Program-made: the position numbers and the translations under genes
In this document: positions 1 to 9,653 of the stretch, piece after piece
Position numbering within the stretch: the stretch's first letter is position 1
Layout of the letters: each line of letters begins with the position of its first letter
Assembly: GCA_041288095.1 (NCBI GenBank)
Contig: JBGGMJ010000188.1
Location: forward strand, 64,001-128,000
DNA length: 64,000 bases
From: Myxococcota bacterium
GTDB taxonomy: Bacteria > Myxococcota > XYA12-FULL-58-9 > JALHOP01
Direction of reading: 5' to 3'
The notes under the pieces: model-generated
Database searches by the model: none
The model's input: the letters and a program-made list of their open reading frames with translations, nothing else
Told to the model about the DNA's origin: nothing

Positions 1-428
1 GCCGGCCGGTCTACTCCTCTGCTCGCCGTATCGGCGGCGAGCACGCGCAACCGGTCCGCGAGTCCTTGGGGAGAAAGACCGAGGCGCTCGAGCGCGGCCG
101 CGGCGACGGCTCGCGTTCGAAGCAAGTTGTATTGGGTCTGAAAGTACTCTTCGTTGGCCCAGAACCCAGCCGAGCCTAGGTCGTACACTTCATGAACGCC
201 TTGCAGGACTTGCGGGGCGTTGCTCTCGATGAACAGCATCGCCTGTGCCTCGTAGATACGAGGCGAGCGAGCCGTCGAGATGATGGCGAACGCAAGGATG
301 AGGGCGCTCGTGGCGACGACGACCCACCGCCGACGATTGATGACTTCGAGCCAACCACGTAGGTCGACGATCGGCATTTCGTCCGCTTGGTAGGGTTCGC
401 CGGCCGTTCGGTTGCTCTCACCAGTCAA
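1..428 (-). CDS. Polysaccharide co-polymerase, Wzz/Wzc (GumC) family, N-terminal part; runs off the window edge
   Basis: Manual translation (absent from ORF track): MTGESNRTAGEPYQADEMPIVDLRGWLEVINRRRWVVVATSALILAFAIISTARSPRIYEAQAMLFIE...EEYFQTQYNLLRTRAVA. Has DL-x-W...RRRW, a TM helix, P-x-Y-x-A and TQ-x-x-LL-x-x-R motifs. TTG overlaps the upstream TGA. Confidence 0.85.
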   Translation of the reverse strand, partial: MTGESNRTAGEPYQADEMPIVDLRGWLEVINRRRWVVVATSALILAFAIISTARSPRIYEAQAMLFIESNAPQVLQGVHEVYDLGSAGFWANEEYFQTQYNLLRTRAVAAAALERLGLSPQGLADRLRVLAADTASRGVDRP

Positions 429-1585
429 AGTCGTTCACCATTCGTGCGCAGCTTCTCCTCGATTGTATCGAGAAAGCGTGCGACGGCTCCTTCGGTCTGC
501 CAGAAGCGTGCCCGCACCAGCGAGCTCTGTCCCATGATTGCCAGCTTCTCCCGGCTCGCTTCGAATGCTGCTTTGGCTGCGCGGAGGGCGTCCGCTGAAT
601 CGTCCGGTTCAAAGCTGAAGCCATTTTCACCCTGGCGCAACGCTTCTGGCAAATTACCCAAGCGTCGCGACACGAGCAGCGGTAGCCCCGCGTGCAGCGC
701 CTCAACCACGGAGAGTGGGTTCGGGTCGTACAAAGACGGCAGCACGAAAAGGTCGGCTGCGCGGTATAGCGCCGGCATGCGTTCATACGGCAAGTATCCG
801 ATAACACTCACAAATCCAGAAAGTCTGGAGGTGCTGAGCCACTCGGCGATGGATGGTCCCAGGGGGCCCTCGCCAACGATGCAAATGCGCCACTCCGCGA
901 GCGAAACGTGCTCGAGGGTCTTGAGCAGCTCCAGGATCCCTTTTTCGGGTGCCAACCGTGCTGGCAGCAGGGCGAGCTTCTTCTCGGCCGGTAGACCCAA
1001 ATCCCGCCGTATCGAATCGGCATCGTCCGCGGTTGCGTTCCGGAACAGTGTTTCATTCACGAGGTTGGGCAGGATGACTGTGGGCTGAGGAACATCCAGC
1101 AGCTCGCGGGTGAAACGCACACCGTCTTCCCCCGGCACGGCGATGAGGTCGAAGCGCGAGAGAATGAAGCGTTTCAAGACGCGCGCTGGTCCACGCACAC
1201 GGCCGGGCGTGCGGGTGTTCGGTTCGTACCAAGCGATCCGCAGGCGACCGACTGGTAGCGTCGAGGCAAGCAGGGTGCTGGGCGTATCCCAGGGCCCGCC
1301 CACCATCACGACCGTGGGCCGAGCGCGCGCCAGGGCCAATGGCAGGGTGGGATTTACGTGGAGCTGGCGCCCAAATGCTACAGGGCCGATGTCACGCGTT
1401 ACGCTCGCCGAAAACGCAAGACTCGCTGGATCGCGTTCCCAGGTCGTCGGGCGGTCGGCATGATTGCGCGCCAAGAAGTGGACGTGAAAGCTTCCTCCGC
1501 GATTGCGGATCTGAGAATCGAGGTGCGTGAAGAGATGCAGCCGATATGGCGACGGAATGTTGTGAACGACGTGGAATCGCCACAT
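425..1585 (-). CDS. GT4-family glycosyltransferase
   Basis: RLAPEKG, ADLFVLPSLYDPNPLSVVEA and GLP motifs. Confidence 0.9.
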   Translation of the reverse strand: MWRFHVVHNIPSPYRLHLFTHLDSQIRNRGGSFHVHFLARNHADRPTTWERDPASLAFSASVTRDIGPVAFGRQLHVNPTLPLALARARPTVVMVGGPWDTPSTLLASTLPVGRLRIAWYEPNTRTPGRVRGPARVLKRFILSRFDLIAVPGEDGVRFTRELLDVPQPTVILPNLVNETLFRNATADDADSIRRDLGLPAEKKLALLPARLAPEKGILELLKTLEHVSLAEWRICIVGEGPLGPSIAEWLSTSRLSGFVSVIGYLPYERMPALYRAADLFVLPSLYDPNPLSVVEALHAGLPLLVSRRLGNLPEALRQGENGFSFEPDDSADALRAAKAAFEASREKLAIMGQSSLVRARFWQTEGAVARFLDTIEEKLRTNGERL

Positions 1586-2517
1586 CAGACGTCGGTGCTA
1601 AGAAAAGGGCGTTCGCGCCGGCGGTTCGGTTCGATGAAGCACTCGATGGTGATCCCGCAGTCGATCGCGGGGATCGAGAGGTTCGCGAGCTGCGCGATGA
1701 TGTTGATGGCACCGATGCCGCCAGCGACGAGCGCGATGTCGGGCTTGTCGTCGCCAGCATGGTGAACCTGGTCGAACATCGCTCGCGAGCGAGAGATCGG
1801 CAAGAAGCTCACTTCGCGCGCGCCGGTGGCAATGAGGCCCTTGCGAATCGCCTCGTTCCGCCGGCTCTCGGCGAACGTAGCTACGAGCACGTGCCTGCCG
1901 CCGAACAGCTCGTGCCGGCGCGGCCCGTTGAGTAGGGCGTAGACGAAGTAGAAGGGGACATAGTTGCGTTCCGTCAACGCGATGCCGTGCTGCTCGAACC
2001 ACCGCAGCATCGGCTCTACGTATTCGTCGCCCCAGCGATCCTCGCGATGCATGAAATAGGCGGCCACGACGCCGTCGTTGCACAACGCGGGCAAGAGCTC
2101 CGCGAGGCGGTCCCGCGCGCGAAGAATCTCGGCGCGCGAGAAGCGTTCGCCCCACATGGTCCCGAAGCCGCGCAGACGCAGGCGCGAGGCGCCCTCGACC
2201 AATACACCCTTCGCGCGCGCGCGCAGGGAACGTCCAACGCCGCGTGGCCGGCGATAGCCCAGTAGGAGCGAGAACTCTCCGTCCGCCATCCGATAGATCG
2301 GTAGGTAGCTCTTGCCCGTAGCGGCGATGACACGCGTCGCGAATGCGTCGAACTGGGTGTCCGCTGCAGCGGTCGTGACGGAGCGAAAGGCGAATCTGCC
2401 GTATTGGGTCCAGGGCGGAAATCCGCGCAGCGAGAAATCTATGTCGTGGGGGAAGACTGCTCGACCTCGATTGCCGGCCGTGTTTCGCAATGCGCGCCGC
2501 GCGAGATCCCGAATCAT
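1585..2517 (-). CDS. Putative GT-D-fold (DUF1792-like) glycosyltransferase
   Basis: Start MIRDL at 2517 (ATGA overlap with upstream stop); RMADGE and IALVAGGIGA...PAIDCG motifs. Confidence 0.55.
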   Translation of the reverse strand: MIRDLARRALRNTAGNRGRAVFPHDIDFSLRGFPPWTQYGRFAFRSVTTAAADTQFDAFATRVIAATGKSYLPIYRMADGEFSLLLGYRRPRGVGRSLRARAKGVLVEGASRLRLRGFGTMWGERFSRAEILRARDRLAELLPALCNDGVVAAYFMHREDRWGDEYVEPMLRWFEQHGIALTERNYVPFYFVYALLNGPRRHELFGGRHVLVATFAESRRNEAIRKGLIATGAREVSFLPISRSRAMFDQVHHAGDDKPDIALVAGGIGAINIIAQLANLSIPAIDCGITIECFIEPNRRRERPFLSTDV

Positions 2518-3827
2518 GTGATCGTCACCTTGGAGCGGCTGACCGCCCAGAAAAGCCCGGAGCCCCAATAACCGAGGAGCGCGCCGTAGTCGCCCGGTGG
2601 GAAGATGATGGGAATGACGGCGATCGTGTAGACGATCCACGCCAGTACCCACGCGGCGGCGGCGGTCCCACGCTGTTGCAGGTGATCGCGCCAGGCAAGA
2701 GCGAAGGCGAAACCCAACAACAAGAAGAAGAATGGTGTGCCGATACTCCCGAGGTCCGACCAGATCCAAGCGTAGACGGTGACCCAGAGCGACGTCGAAT
2801 ACCCATCTTCATCGACGAGTCGCGAGTAGCACGAGAGCGAGTTGATGCTCGAGTCCCCTGTGAGCTTCTCCCAGGTACGAAGCAGGAACGCCGAGTGTCC
2901 GAGGCCGAATCCGACGCCGATGAAGGGCTTGTGAAGGCACGCGGCGAGCCCGTCGAAGCCATGGCTCAAGTAGAACGATCCCGACAGTAGGATGGGCTCG
3001 AGGGACGCGGGAGCACCGCTGACGAAAACGTGGTCGAAATCGAGGTTCGACGACGTGCGGATGACATATCGCGAGTAGTCGATTGTTTTCTTCGACGCTC
3101 GCTTCGCGCTGACGTAGCCGGCATAGGCAGCGAAGCCCGCGATAATCACGGCGCTCACGATCATGAAGGTGCGCAGGCGTAGTGCCGCGCGTCCCGTGAA
3201 CGCCGCGGAGAAGTTGAAGAACAGGGCTACGACGATCACCGCGTGCATACCGGCGCGCGAGCCACTCCACACCGCAATGAGCGACATGCCCAGGACGGTC
3301 GTCAGCGCGAACCACTTGGCGCGTGTGCGCACCATCTTCCAGTGTCCGAAGACGGTGGCAACCAACGGGAAGTGCGCGACGCTCAGCGCCAAGGCGACGT
3401 AGGTCAGTAACGACGTGCCGCGACGATCGATCCAATCCTGGCGCACGGTCGCCGGATCCGTGAGCGCGGTCAGTATGGAAATGCCGGACTGGTATTGCTC
3501 CGCCAAGCCGATGAGGATGCCGAGTGTGGACATAACGCTCAAGACGCGGACGCATCGATCGATGGATATGACGGACGTCGTTCGCGGTGCTGGTCGCGAC
3601 AGGCCGAGCGCATAGCCCACGACGCTGGCGACGTGCACGATGAAGATGAATCCGTAGAGAGTGGGATCGTTGCGGTACTGCCACTCGTATGGGCCGAAGC
3701 GATAGAGCGCCATGAGCCCGGCGAGGTACGCGGTCCAGAGCACGAGCGGCAACCAATACACATGGTTCCTGCGCCGTGACGCGACGCTATCATGCGTCGC
3801 CATGGTCCCCGCGGCAGCGCTCATCAC
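2514..3827 (-). CDS. wzy: Wzy-type polysaccharide polymerase
   Basis: About 10-11 hydrophobic helices, GSR motif, large periplasmic loop, FYLSHGF and WSDLG motifs; located in a GT cluster. Confidence 0.75.
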   Translation of the reverse strand: MMSAAAGTMATHDSVASRRRNHVYWLPLVLWTAYLAGLMALYRFGPYEWQYRNDPTLYGFIFIVHVASVVGYALGLSRPAPRTTSVISIDRCVRVLSVMSTLGILIGLAEQYQSGISILTALTDPATVRQDWIDRRGTSLLTYVALALSVAHFPLVATVFGHWKMVRTRAKWFALTTVLGMSLIAVWSGSRAGMHAVIVVALFFNFSAAFTGRAALRLRTFMIVSAVIIAGFAAYAGYVSAKRASKKTIDYSRYVIRTSSNLDFDHVFVSGAPASLEPILLSGSFYLSHGFDGLAACLHKPFIGVGFGLGHSAFLLRTWEKLTGDSSINSLSCYSRLVDEDGYSTSLWVTVYAWIWSDLGSIGTPFFFLLLGFAFALAWRDHLQQRGTAAAAWVLAWIVYTIAVIPIIFPPGDYGALLGYWGSGLFWAVSRSKVTIT

Positions 3828-5038
3828 CCTTTGCTCTTCGTGTGCGCCAGCGCCGCGATGAGACGGTCCGCTTGAGCGTTCCAGGAGCGCGTGGCCGCGA
3901 ACTTCGTCGCGCGCTCCCGCGAATCACTCAAGCTCGATTCATCGAGCGCTAGGCACTCGTCGATCATGCGACCGAATGCGACCGGGTCGGCGTCCGCGAC
4001 GTGGAGGACTTTTCGGTAGTCGTTCGTGAGCCCGGCCGTCCACGTGGAGACGATCGGCTTTGCGTAGGAGATGTACTCGAGCAGCTTCGACGGGAAGTTA
4101 CGTTGGTTCTCGATCAAGTCGGGGAGCCGTGGATTGACAAGCACGCTCGCGCTTTTCAATGCCTCGGCGAGCTCGGCCCCGCTGACCAAGCCATGGACGA
4201 CAATGCGCGGGTCGCGTGCCGCCAGGGCGCGAATACGTTGCGTATCGCCTTTGCCATAGATGGCGAGCTGCGCGCCGGTGCCTCGGACGTGGCCGAAAGA
4301 ATCGATCGCGAGCTCGACGCCCGCGCCGCGGGTCAATGCTCCCGCGTAGACCACGAGCCCGGTGCGGGTAGCGCCCGTGGTGCGAGGTGGCTCGATACCA
4401 CCCTCCATATGCAGGTCGTCGGCTTTCGCGAATTGCTCCGCCATCGCCGCGGACAGAAACACGCGCAAGTCCGCCCGTCCGAGCGCCAGCCACTCTGCGG
4501 CGGCCAAGGGGCTCACGCGGTTTTCGTGCAAGTCCGCGATCACGCACACCCACGGCGCTTGCACGGCGCCGCGCAGTGCGATTGCAGGCAACGTGACGTT
4601 CGGATGCGCATTGTACGTGACGATGGCCAACGGCGCACGAGCGCGTCGGCGCCGCCGCTTCAAGCCTCCCAAGACACGTTTGCCCGCGAGCGACATCACG
4701 CGCCACCCCGGTAGATTGTGGTAGCCGAGTTGCTCGACCGTGACTCCGCTCCCGTCCTCGCGCGCCCCCCGAAGTGCCAGCGTGCCTTTGGGCCACGCCG
4801 GCACGATCGTGTAGCTCACAACCTCGACGTCGATGCCCCGGCCGCGCAATGCCTCGATCAGACCGCGTTGCCATCGGTCCGCGGCGGGGCTCATGGCATC
4901 GCCATCACCATGCAAGCGCGCGTCCAGCAACGGTCCGAACCAAAGAAGGTAGTCGGCCTGCTCGCTATGAGGCTCTCTGTCCAACGCTGTTGCTCGTACT
5001 GCCGCACTAGCCAAACTGTCAAAGTTAGCGCGTTGCAT
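3824..5038 (-). CDS. GT4-family glycosyltransferase
   Basis: VYAGAL...GV and VLVNPR...FPSKLLEY motifs. Confidence 0.88.
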   Translation of the reverse strand: MQRANFDSLASAAVRATALDREPHSEQADYLLWFGPLLDARLHGDGDAMSPAADRWQRGLIEALRGRGIDVEVVSYTIVPAWPKGTLALRGAREDGSGVTVEQLGYHNLPGWRVMSLAGKRVLGGLKRRRRRARAPLAIVTYNAHPNVTLPAIALRGAVQAPWVCVIADLHENRVSPLAAAEWLALGRADLRVFLSAAMAEQFAKADDLHMEGGIEPPRTTGATRTGLVVYAGALTRGAGVELAIDSFGHVRGTGAQLAIYGKGDTQRIRALAARDPRIVVHGLVSGAELAEALKSASVLVNPRLPDLIENQRNFPSKLLEYISYAKPIVSTWTAGLTNDYRKVLHVADADPVAFGRMIDECLALDESSLSDSRERATKFAATRSWNAQADRLIAALAHTKSKG

Positions 5039-5068
5039 GCGTTGGCTCCCTCGCGTACTTCAAGCTAG

Positions 5069-6241
5069 GTGAAGCGTGTATTGCAACGCCTGACGGCTGG
5101 ACACCGATCTCTAGAGCGGGCGCGTCGGCTCCTCGGGACGGTTCGTCAGCAGCGCGAGTACACCCATTTGTTGTCTTCGATGGCGGCGGAGGTCGGCGGT
5201 CGACCTCACGCAACGCCCGACCAGCGTCTCGTCGAGCTACGTGCGCATCGCCGTCCAATCGACCGTGAACGCCTGCGCGTGCTCGCTTTCGGCGCCAACC
5301 AATGGGAGCGCCATGGCTTGTGGCAGGCATTTGCAAGCCACAGCGACTTCCATTTGTCCGAGTATGGCGACGGGCGCGCGGAATCCATTGGTGCCGATGA
5401 AGACGGCGGTGAGCGTCGCGCCTCACATCGTCGTGGTTTCCTCCAGAAGCTCGACGAGCTCGAACGCGAGCGCCCCGTCGACGTGGTCTTCATCTACGCC
5501 TCGGGTGAGCATCTCGACGACGAGCTCTTCGACGCCCTCGCTGAGCGCCGCATCTGGACAGTGATCATGGCGCTCGATGACAAGCACCAGTTCACCAGAC
5601 CGCTCGGTAAAAATGGGGTGCCTCATCAGCTGCGCGCCGCGCTTCGGTGTGATCTGTACTGGACGACGTGGCGGCTTGCGGCCGCCGTGGTCGGTGCCCG
5701 TGGCGGGGCGGCTTGGGTTGCTCCAGAGGCAGCGGATCCGAGCTTTCATCGTTTCATACAGACGCACCGCGATATCGACATCCTGTTCGTAGGTGCGGCG
5801 TATGGTCGCCGCAGAGAGCTCGTCGAATATTTGCGCGCCCGTGGATTGAGCGTGAGCGCGTTCGGTCGTGGGTGGCCCGACGGCTTCGTCGATTTCGAGA
5901 AGACCATCGAGCTCTACAATCGCGCGCGTATCGTGCTCGGTGTTGGCGACGTCGGCCACATGGCCGGCGTCAAGCATCTGAAGGGGCGCGATTTCGAAGT
6001 GCCGATGACCGGCGCCCTCTATTTGACGAGCTTCAACGCCGAGCTCACCGAGCACTTCGTCGTGGGTCAAGAAATCCTCTGCTACGGTTCATTCGAAGAG
6101 TGTGCCGAGCTAGCGATCGAAGCGTTGGCCTCACCCGGCCGCGCCGAGGAGGTGCGGCTCGCCGGAAAAGCGCGAGCATTGCGCGACCACACATGGCAGC
6201 GTCGCGTTGGTCAGCTGCTCGACCTGTTGGCGTCCGCATGA
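5069..6241 (+). CDS. CgeB-like glycosyltransferase (Glyco_trans_1_2 type)
   Basis: DILFVGAAYGRR, KGRDFEVPMTG and HTWQRRV motifs. Confidence 0.85.
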   Translation: MKRVLQRLTAGHRSLERARRLLGTVRQQREYTHLLSSMAAEVGGRPHATPDQRLVELRAHRRPIDRERLRVLAFGANQWERHGLWQAFASHSDFHLSEYGDGRAESIGADEDGGERRASHRRGFLQKLDELERERPVDVVFIYASGEHLDDELFDALAERRIWTVIMALDDKHQFTRPLGKNGVPHQLRAALRCDLYWTTWRLAAAVVGARGGAAWVAPEAADPSFHRFIQTHRDIDILFVGAAYGRRRELVEYLRARGLSVSAFGRGWPDGFVDFEKTIELYNRARIVLGVGDVGHMAGVKHLKGRDFEVPMTGALYLTSFNAELTEHFVVGQEILCYGSFEECAELAIEALASPGRAEEVRLAGKARALRDHTWQRRVGQLLDLLASA

Positions 6242-7014
6242 AAGACAGACACGACACCAAGGCCCTGGCCAAGCAAGCCCTGCGTCTGGCCGTACGCGTC
6301 GGGCGCGCGGGGCGTCGCTCTCCGTCTCCGGCCAAGTGGCTCAAGTTCGCGCGCGATGCTTTGCGCCTGCGCAAAACTAGTGACGCCAGCCTACCGCTGC
6401 TCGATCTCTTTCCGATGCTCGGCGAGGAATCCGATGCAGCTGGCGTTGCTCGCGGCCACTACTTTCATCAAGACCTTTGGGCCGCCCGCAAGGTCAAGGA
6501 ATCGCAAGTCGCGCACCATGTTGATGTCGGATCGCGCATCGATGGGTTCGTTGCGCACTGCAGCCTCTTCACGCCTATCGACTACGTCGATCTGCGACCT
6601 CTCGATGGCGTCATTCCAGGTGTCCGTTTCGTCCAGGGGTCGGTGCTCGAGCTTCCTTACGAGAGCGGCTCGGTGATGTCGCTTTCGTCTCTGCATGTCA
6701 TCGAGCACATCGGCCTGGGTCGTTACGGTGATCCCATCGATCCGCGAGGTAGCGAGCGGGCGCTGACGGAGTTGGGACGAGTATTGGCGCACGGTGCGAG
6801 CTTGTACATTGGCTGCCCGATCGGACGAGAGCGCGTTTGCTTCAATGCCCATCGCGTCCTCGCTCCGACACGCGTGCTCGAAACCCTGAGCGACCTCGCG
6901 CTCGTGTCGTTTTCCGCTGTCGATGACAGGGGCGATTTCGTGGAGAGCGCAACGCCCGAGTCGTTCGTTGAAGCGGACTATGCCTGCGGCCTCTACCACC
7001 TGCGACGCGCGTGA
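6238..7014 (+). CDS. DUF268 / class I SAM-dependent methyltransferase-like protein
   Basis: Start MKDRH at 6238 (ATGA overlap); HYFHQDLW, HVDVGSRIDGF, SLHVIEHIGLGRYGDPIDP and FNAHR motifs. Confidence 0.8.
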   Translation: MKDRHDTKALAKQALRLAVRVGRAGRRSPSPAKWLKFARDALRLRKTSDASLPLLDLFPMLGEESDAAGVARGHYFHQDLWAARKVKESQVAHHVDVGSRIDGFVAHCSLFTPIDYVDLRPLDGVIPGVRFVQGSVLELPYESGSVMSLSSLHVIEHIGLGRYGDPIDPRGSERALTELGRVLAHGASLYIGCPIGRERVCFNAHRVLAPTRVLETLSDLALVSFSAVDDRGDFVESATPESFVEADYACGLYHLRRA

Positions 7015-8522
7015 CGTCACCGGGTAGGCGCCGCGCCGTAACGTCAACGCTCGTCGCCGCGTATGCGTCCGTGCTGTTGAACGTGGTCAACGGCATCGCG
7101 CTCGTTCCTTTCTATTTTCGCTTCTTCGATCTCGAGACCTACGGTTCCTGGCTAGCCTGCCAGAACGTGGTCACCTGGCTGAGCGTGCTGGAGCTCGGCT
7201 TCAATCTCGTCTTCACCCAACGGTTGGTCCAGGAGCGGCCGTCACCCGAAAGGTTCGCCGCCACCGCTGGCACGGGCCTCGTTGTGACGTTGGCGTCCGC
7301 TTTCGCGGTTGCACTTGCTGGGGTTTGTTTGGCCTTCGCCGGCGACACGTGGATGCCGACCCTCCTGGGCGCGACCGCGAGCAATGTGGATGCGCTGCGC
7401 CTCGGATTGTGCCTCGCGTCCATCGGGGCGGCCATGACCATGAGCCAAGCCGGATTCACGGCCCTCGCATCGGCGTGGCTCGACATGGACCGTATCGGCG
7501 CGATCAACGTCGCGTCCCTCGCGTTGGGTATCGCTGGTTGTTTCGTTGGCCTCTGGGCTGATTTGGGGGTGGCATCCCTTGGGGTCGCCGCCTGCGTTCG
7601 CGGCGTTGCCGGTGTAGTGGGCGTGGCCTGGCATGTCGGGAGCGCGTACGGCTCGCGATGCTCGGCGCCACTCAGGTTCAGTGCGGCGGTGGCGCGCGAC
7701 CTGCTGCGCACCATCGCCCTGCCCGGGCTCGCGCGTGTGTTTTCGACAGTCGCCTCGAATAGCGAAGCCACGGTCGCCGCAGCCCTCATCGACCCGGCCG
7801 CGGCGGCGGCCCTGGGCTTGTCTAGTCGACTGTACGACGTGGCGCGGCTTCTTCTCGTACCGATCAGCTATTCCGTCTTCGCTCCATTCGCGGATGTCGT
7901 CCTACGAGACGGTGTGCCACGCGCACGCGCGCTCTACCGCGAGCTGTCGGCGACGACCCTCGGCTTGACGATGCTGTTGTTGCTGCCTGCTCTCGCGATC
8001 AACGCGTCTTTCGTGCGCGTCTGGCTCGGAGCCGAGGTATTCGTCGGCGAGCGCGTGAGCTTGGCCCTGGCCGCCGCGGCGTTCTTCTACACCTTTACCA
8101 ACCTGCAATCGGTGCTCATGACGGCCATGGGCCTCGTGCGAGAGAGCGCAATCATCAGCATCGTCGACACTGTCCTTCGCGTGCTCTTGCTCATGAGCTT
8201 GCCTTACGTGGTCGGCGTCGTTGGCATTCCGATTGCCGGTGTCGTCGCGGGGAGCGCGACGTTCGTGTTCTGCTCTGTGCGCTTGGCACGTGGTCTAGGC
8301 TCCCGCGTCAGCGACTTGATGCCGATATCCGAGCTCCTAGCGTTGGCAGGCGGCGCGCTTGTCGCGGCCACGATTGCTTGGTGGATCGGACCCGTTGGCT
8401 CGTGGCCCGAGTTGGTCATCGCCGGCACCGTCTGTGCCGTGGCCGCTTTGGCGTACACCGTGACGATTAGTGCATCGACACGAGGCCACGCGGCTAGCGC
8501 TGTGCGAAAACTCTGGCGATGA
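7011..8522 (+). CDS. wzx: Wzx-type oligosaccharide flippase
   Basis: 12-14 TM helices, YGSW...LELG motif, cluster context, GTGA overlap. Confidence 0.8.
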   Translation: MTSPGRRRAVTSTLVAAYASVLLNVVNGIALVPFYFRFFDLETYGSWLACQNVVTWLSVLELGFNLVFTQRLVQERPSPERFAATAGTGLVVTLASAFAVALAGVCLAFAGDTWMPTLLGATASNVDALRLGLCLASIGAAMTMSQAGFTALASAWLDMDRIGAINVASLALGIAGCFVGLWADLGVASLGVAACVRGVAGVVGVAWHVGSAYGSRCSAPLRFSAAVARDLLRTIALPGLARVFSTVASNSEATVAAALIDPAAAAALGLSSRLYDVARLLLVPISYSVFAPFADVVLRDGVPRARALYRELSATTLGLTMLLLLPALAINASFVRVWLGAEVFVGERVSLALAAAAFFYTFTNLQSVLMTAMGLVRESAIISIVDTVLRVLLLMSLPYVVGVVGIPIAGVVAGSATFVFCSVRLARGLGSRVSDLMPISELLALAGGALVAATIAWWIGPVGSWPELVIAGTVCAVAALAYTVTISASTRGHAASAVRKLWR

Positions 8523-9651
8523 AGCGCTGTGGCCAGTCCGGACGCATGCAGGGCCGCTCGATTGCCAAATAGAACAGCGTCGAGATGACGACGACGGTCG
8601 GAATCGTCATGAGCGCCATGCAAACGTACGCGGTGAAATAAGAGGCTTGCGGCAGGTCGCGGAACGCCGCGCGCCCGACCATCGAAATGAGCGGGTAGTG
8701 GAGCAGATAGATCGAGTAACACATTCCGCCGATGGCAACGAGCGGCCGCGCGGACATGACAGATCGCAGCCACGTCGCGTTCAGCGTCGCACCGACGAAG
8801 ATGATTGTCGTCGCCGCAAACACGAGCTCGTGTAACAGCGAGGTCTCTCGCTCGATGGCGATCATGCCGGCGAGAGCGAGGACGCCCAGCGCCGAAAGGA
8901 GATGCGCGGGGGTGCTACTCGAGCGACTCAAGCGCAGGTCTGCGATGAGAAAGCCGCCAATGAAGTAGTGCCCGTGCGCGAGAATCGTCGCGCGAGAAAG
9001 CGGCATCAGCCCGCTGCCGAGCGCCAACGCGAAGCATGCACCAAGCAATATCGCGCGACGCCACGACGGCCGCGAGATAGCAAAGACCAAGCTCAGCAGC
9101 GGCGCGAGTAAGTAGAATTGAACCTCGATCTCGAGCGACCAAAGGACGAAGTTCACCCAGGGCGTTTCGGGTGCAAGCAGCGCGTGCAGGTATGGAATCG
9201 ACGCGAGGAGACCGTAGGTCAGCCCTTCATGGTCGACGTTTGGGCGAATGATGAGAACGAGATAGCAGCCGATGAGCGCCACGAGGTATGGCGGCTCGAG
9301 GCGGGTGAGCCGGCGCAAGTAGAATCGCCGCAAGTCGACGGCAGGCTGGCTCTGCAAGTGCCGTGCGGCGAACGGCGACCCGAGGATGAAGCCACTGATG
9401 ACGAAGAACAGCTGTACGCCATTGTGGCCGTGCGCTATCGCGGCGTCTGCAAGGCTATCAGCAGAGAAGCCGCCGCGGTCGAGCACGTAGGAACGGATGT
9501 GAAAGAGCACCACCCAGCTGATGGCGATGAAGCGCAATCCGTCGACCGCCGGATCGAATCGACCGGACGAGGTGACGCGTTGGAGGCGGGCATAGAGCCA
9601 CGCCAGTCGTTCCTGCCCTCGGCTAACCTCGGGCCGGGGACCTGGTTCCAT
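8494..9651 (-). CDS. Acyltransferase-3 (OafA-like) O-acyltransferase
   Basis: DGLRFIAISWVVLFH, GVQLFFVISGF, FYLRRLTRL, WSLEIEVQFY and YSIYLLH motifs. Confidence 0.92.
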   Translation of the reverse strand: MEPGPRPEVSRGQERLAWLYARLQRVTSSGRFDPAVDGLRFIAISWVVLFHIRSYVLDRGGFSADSLADAAIAHGHNGVQLFFVISGFILGSPFAARHLQSQPAVDLRRFYLRRLTRLEPPYLVALIGCYLVLIIRPNVDHEGLTYGLLASIPYLHALLAPETPWVNFVLWSLEIEVQFYLLAPLLSLVFAISRPSWRRAILLGACFALALGSGLMPLSRATILAHGHYFIGGFLIADLRLSRSSSTPAHLLSALGVLALAGMIAIERETSLLHELVFAATTIIFVGATLNATWLRSVMSARPLVAIGGMCYSIYLLHYPLISMVGRAAFRDLPQASYFTAYVCMALMTIPTVVVISTLFYLAIERPCMRPDWPQRFIARVFAQR

Positions 9652-9653
9652 CC

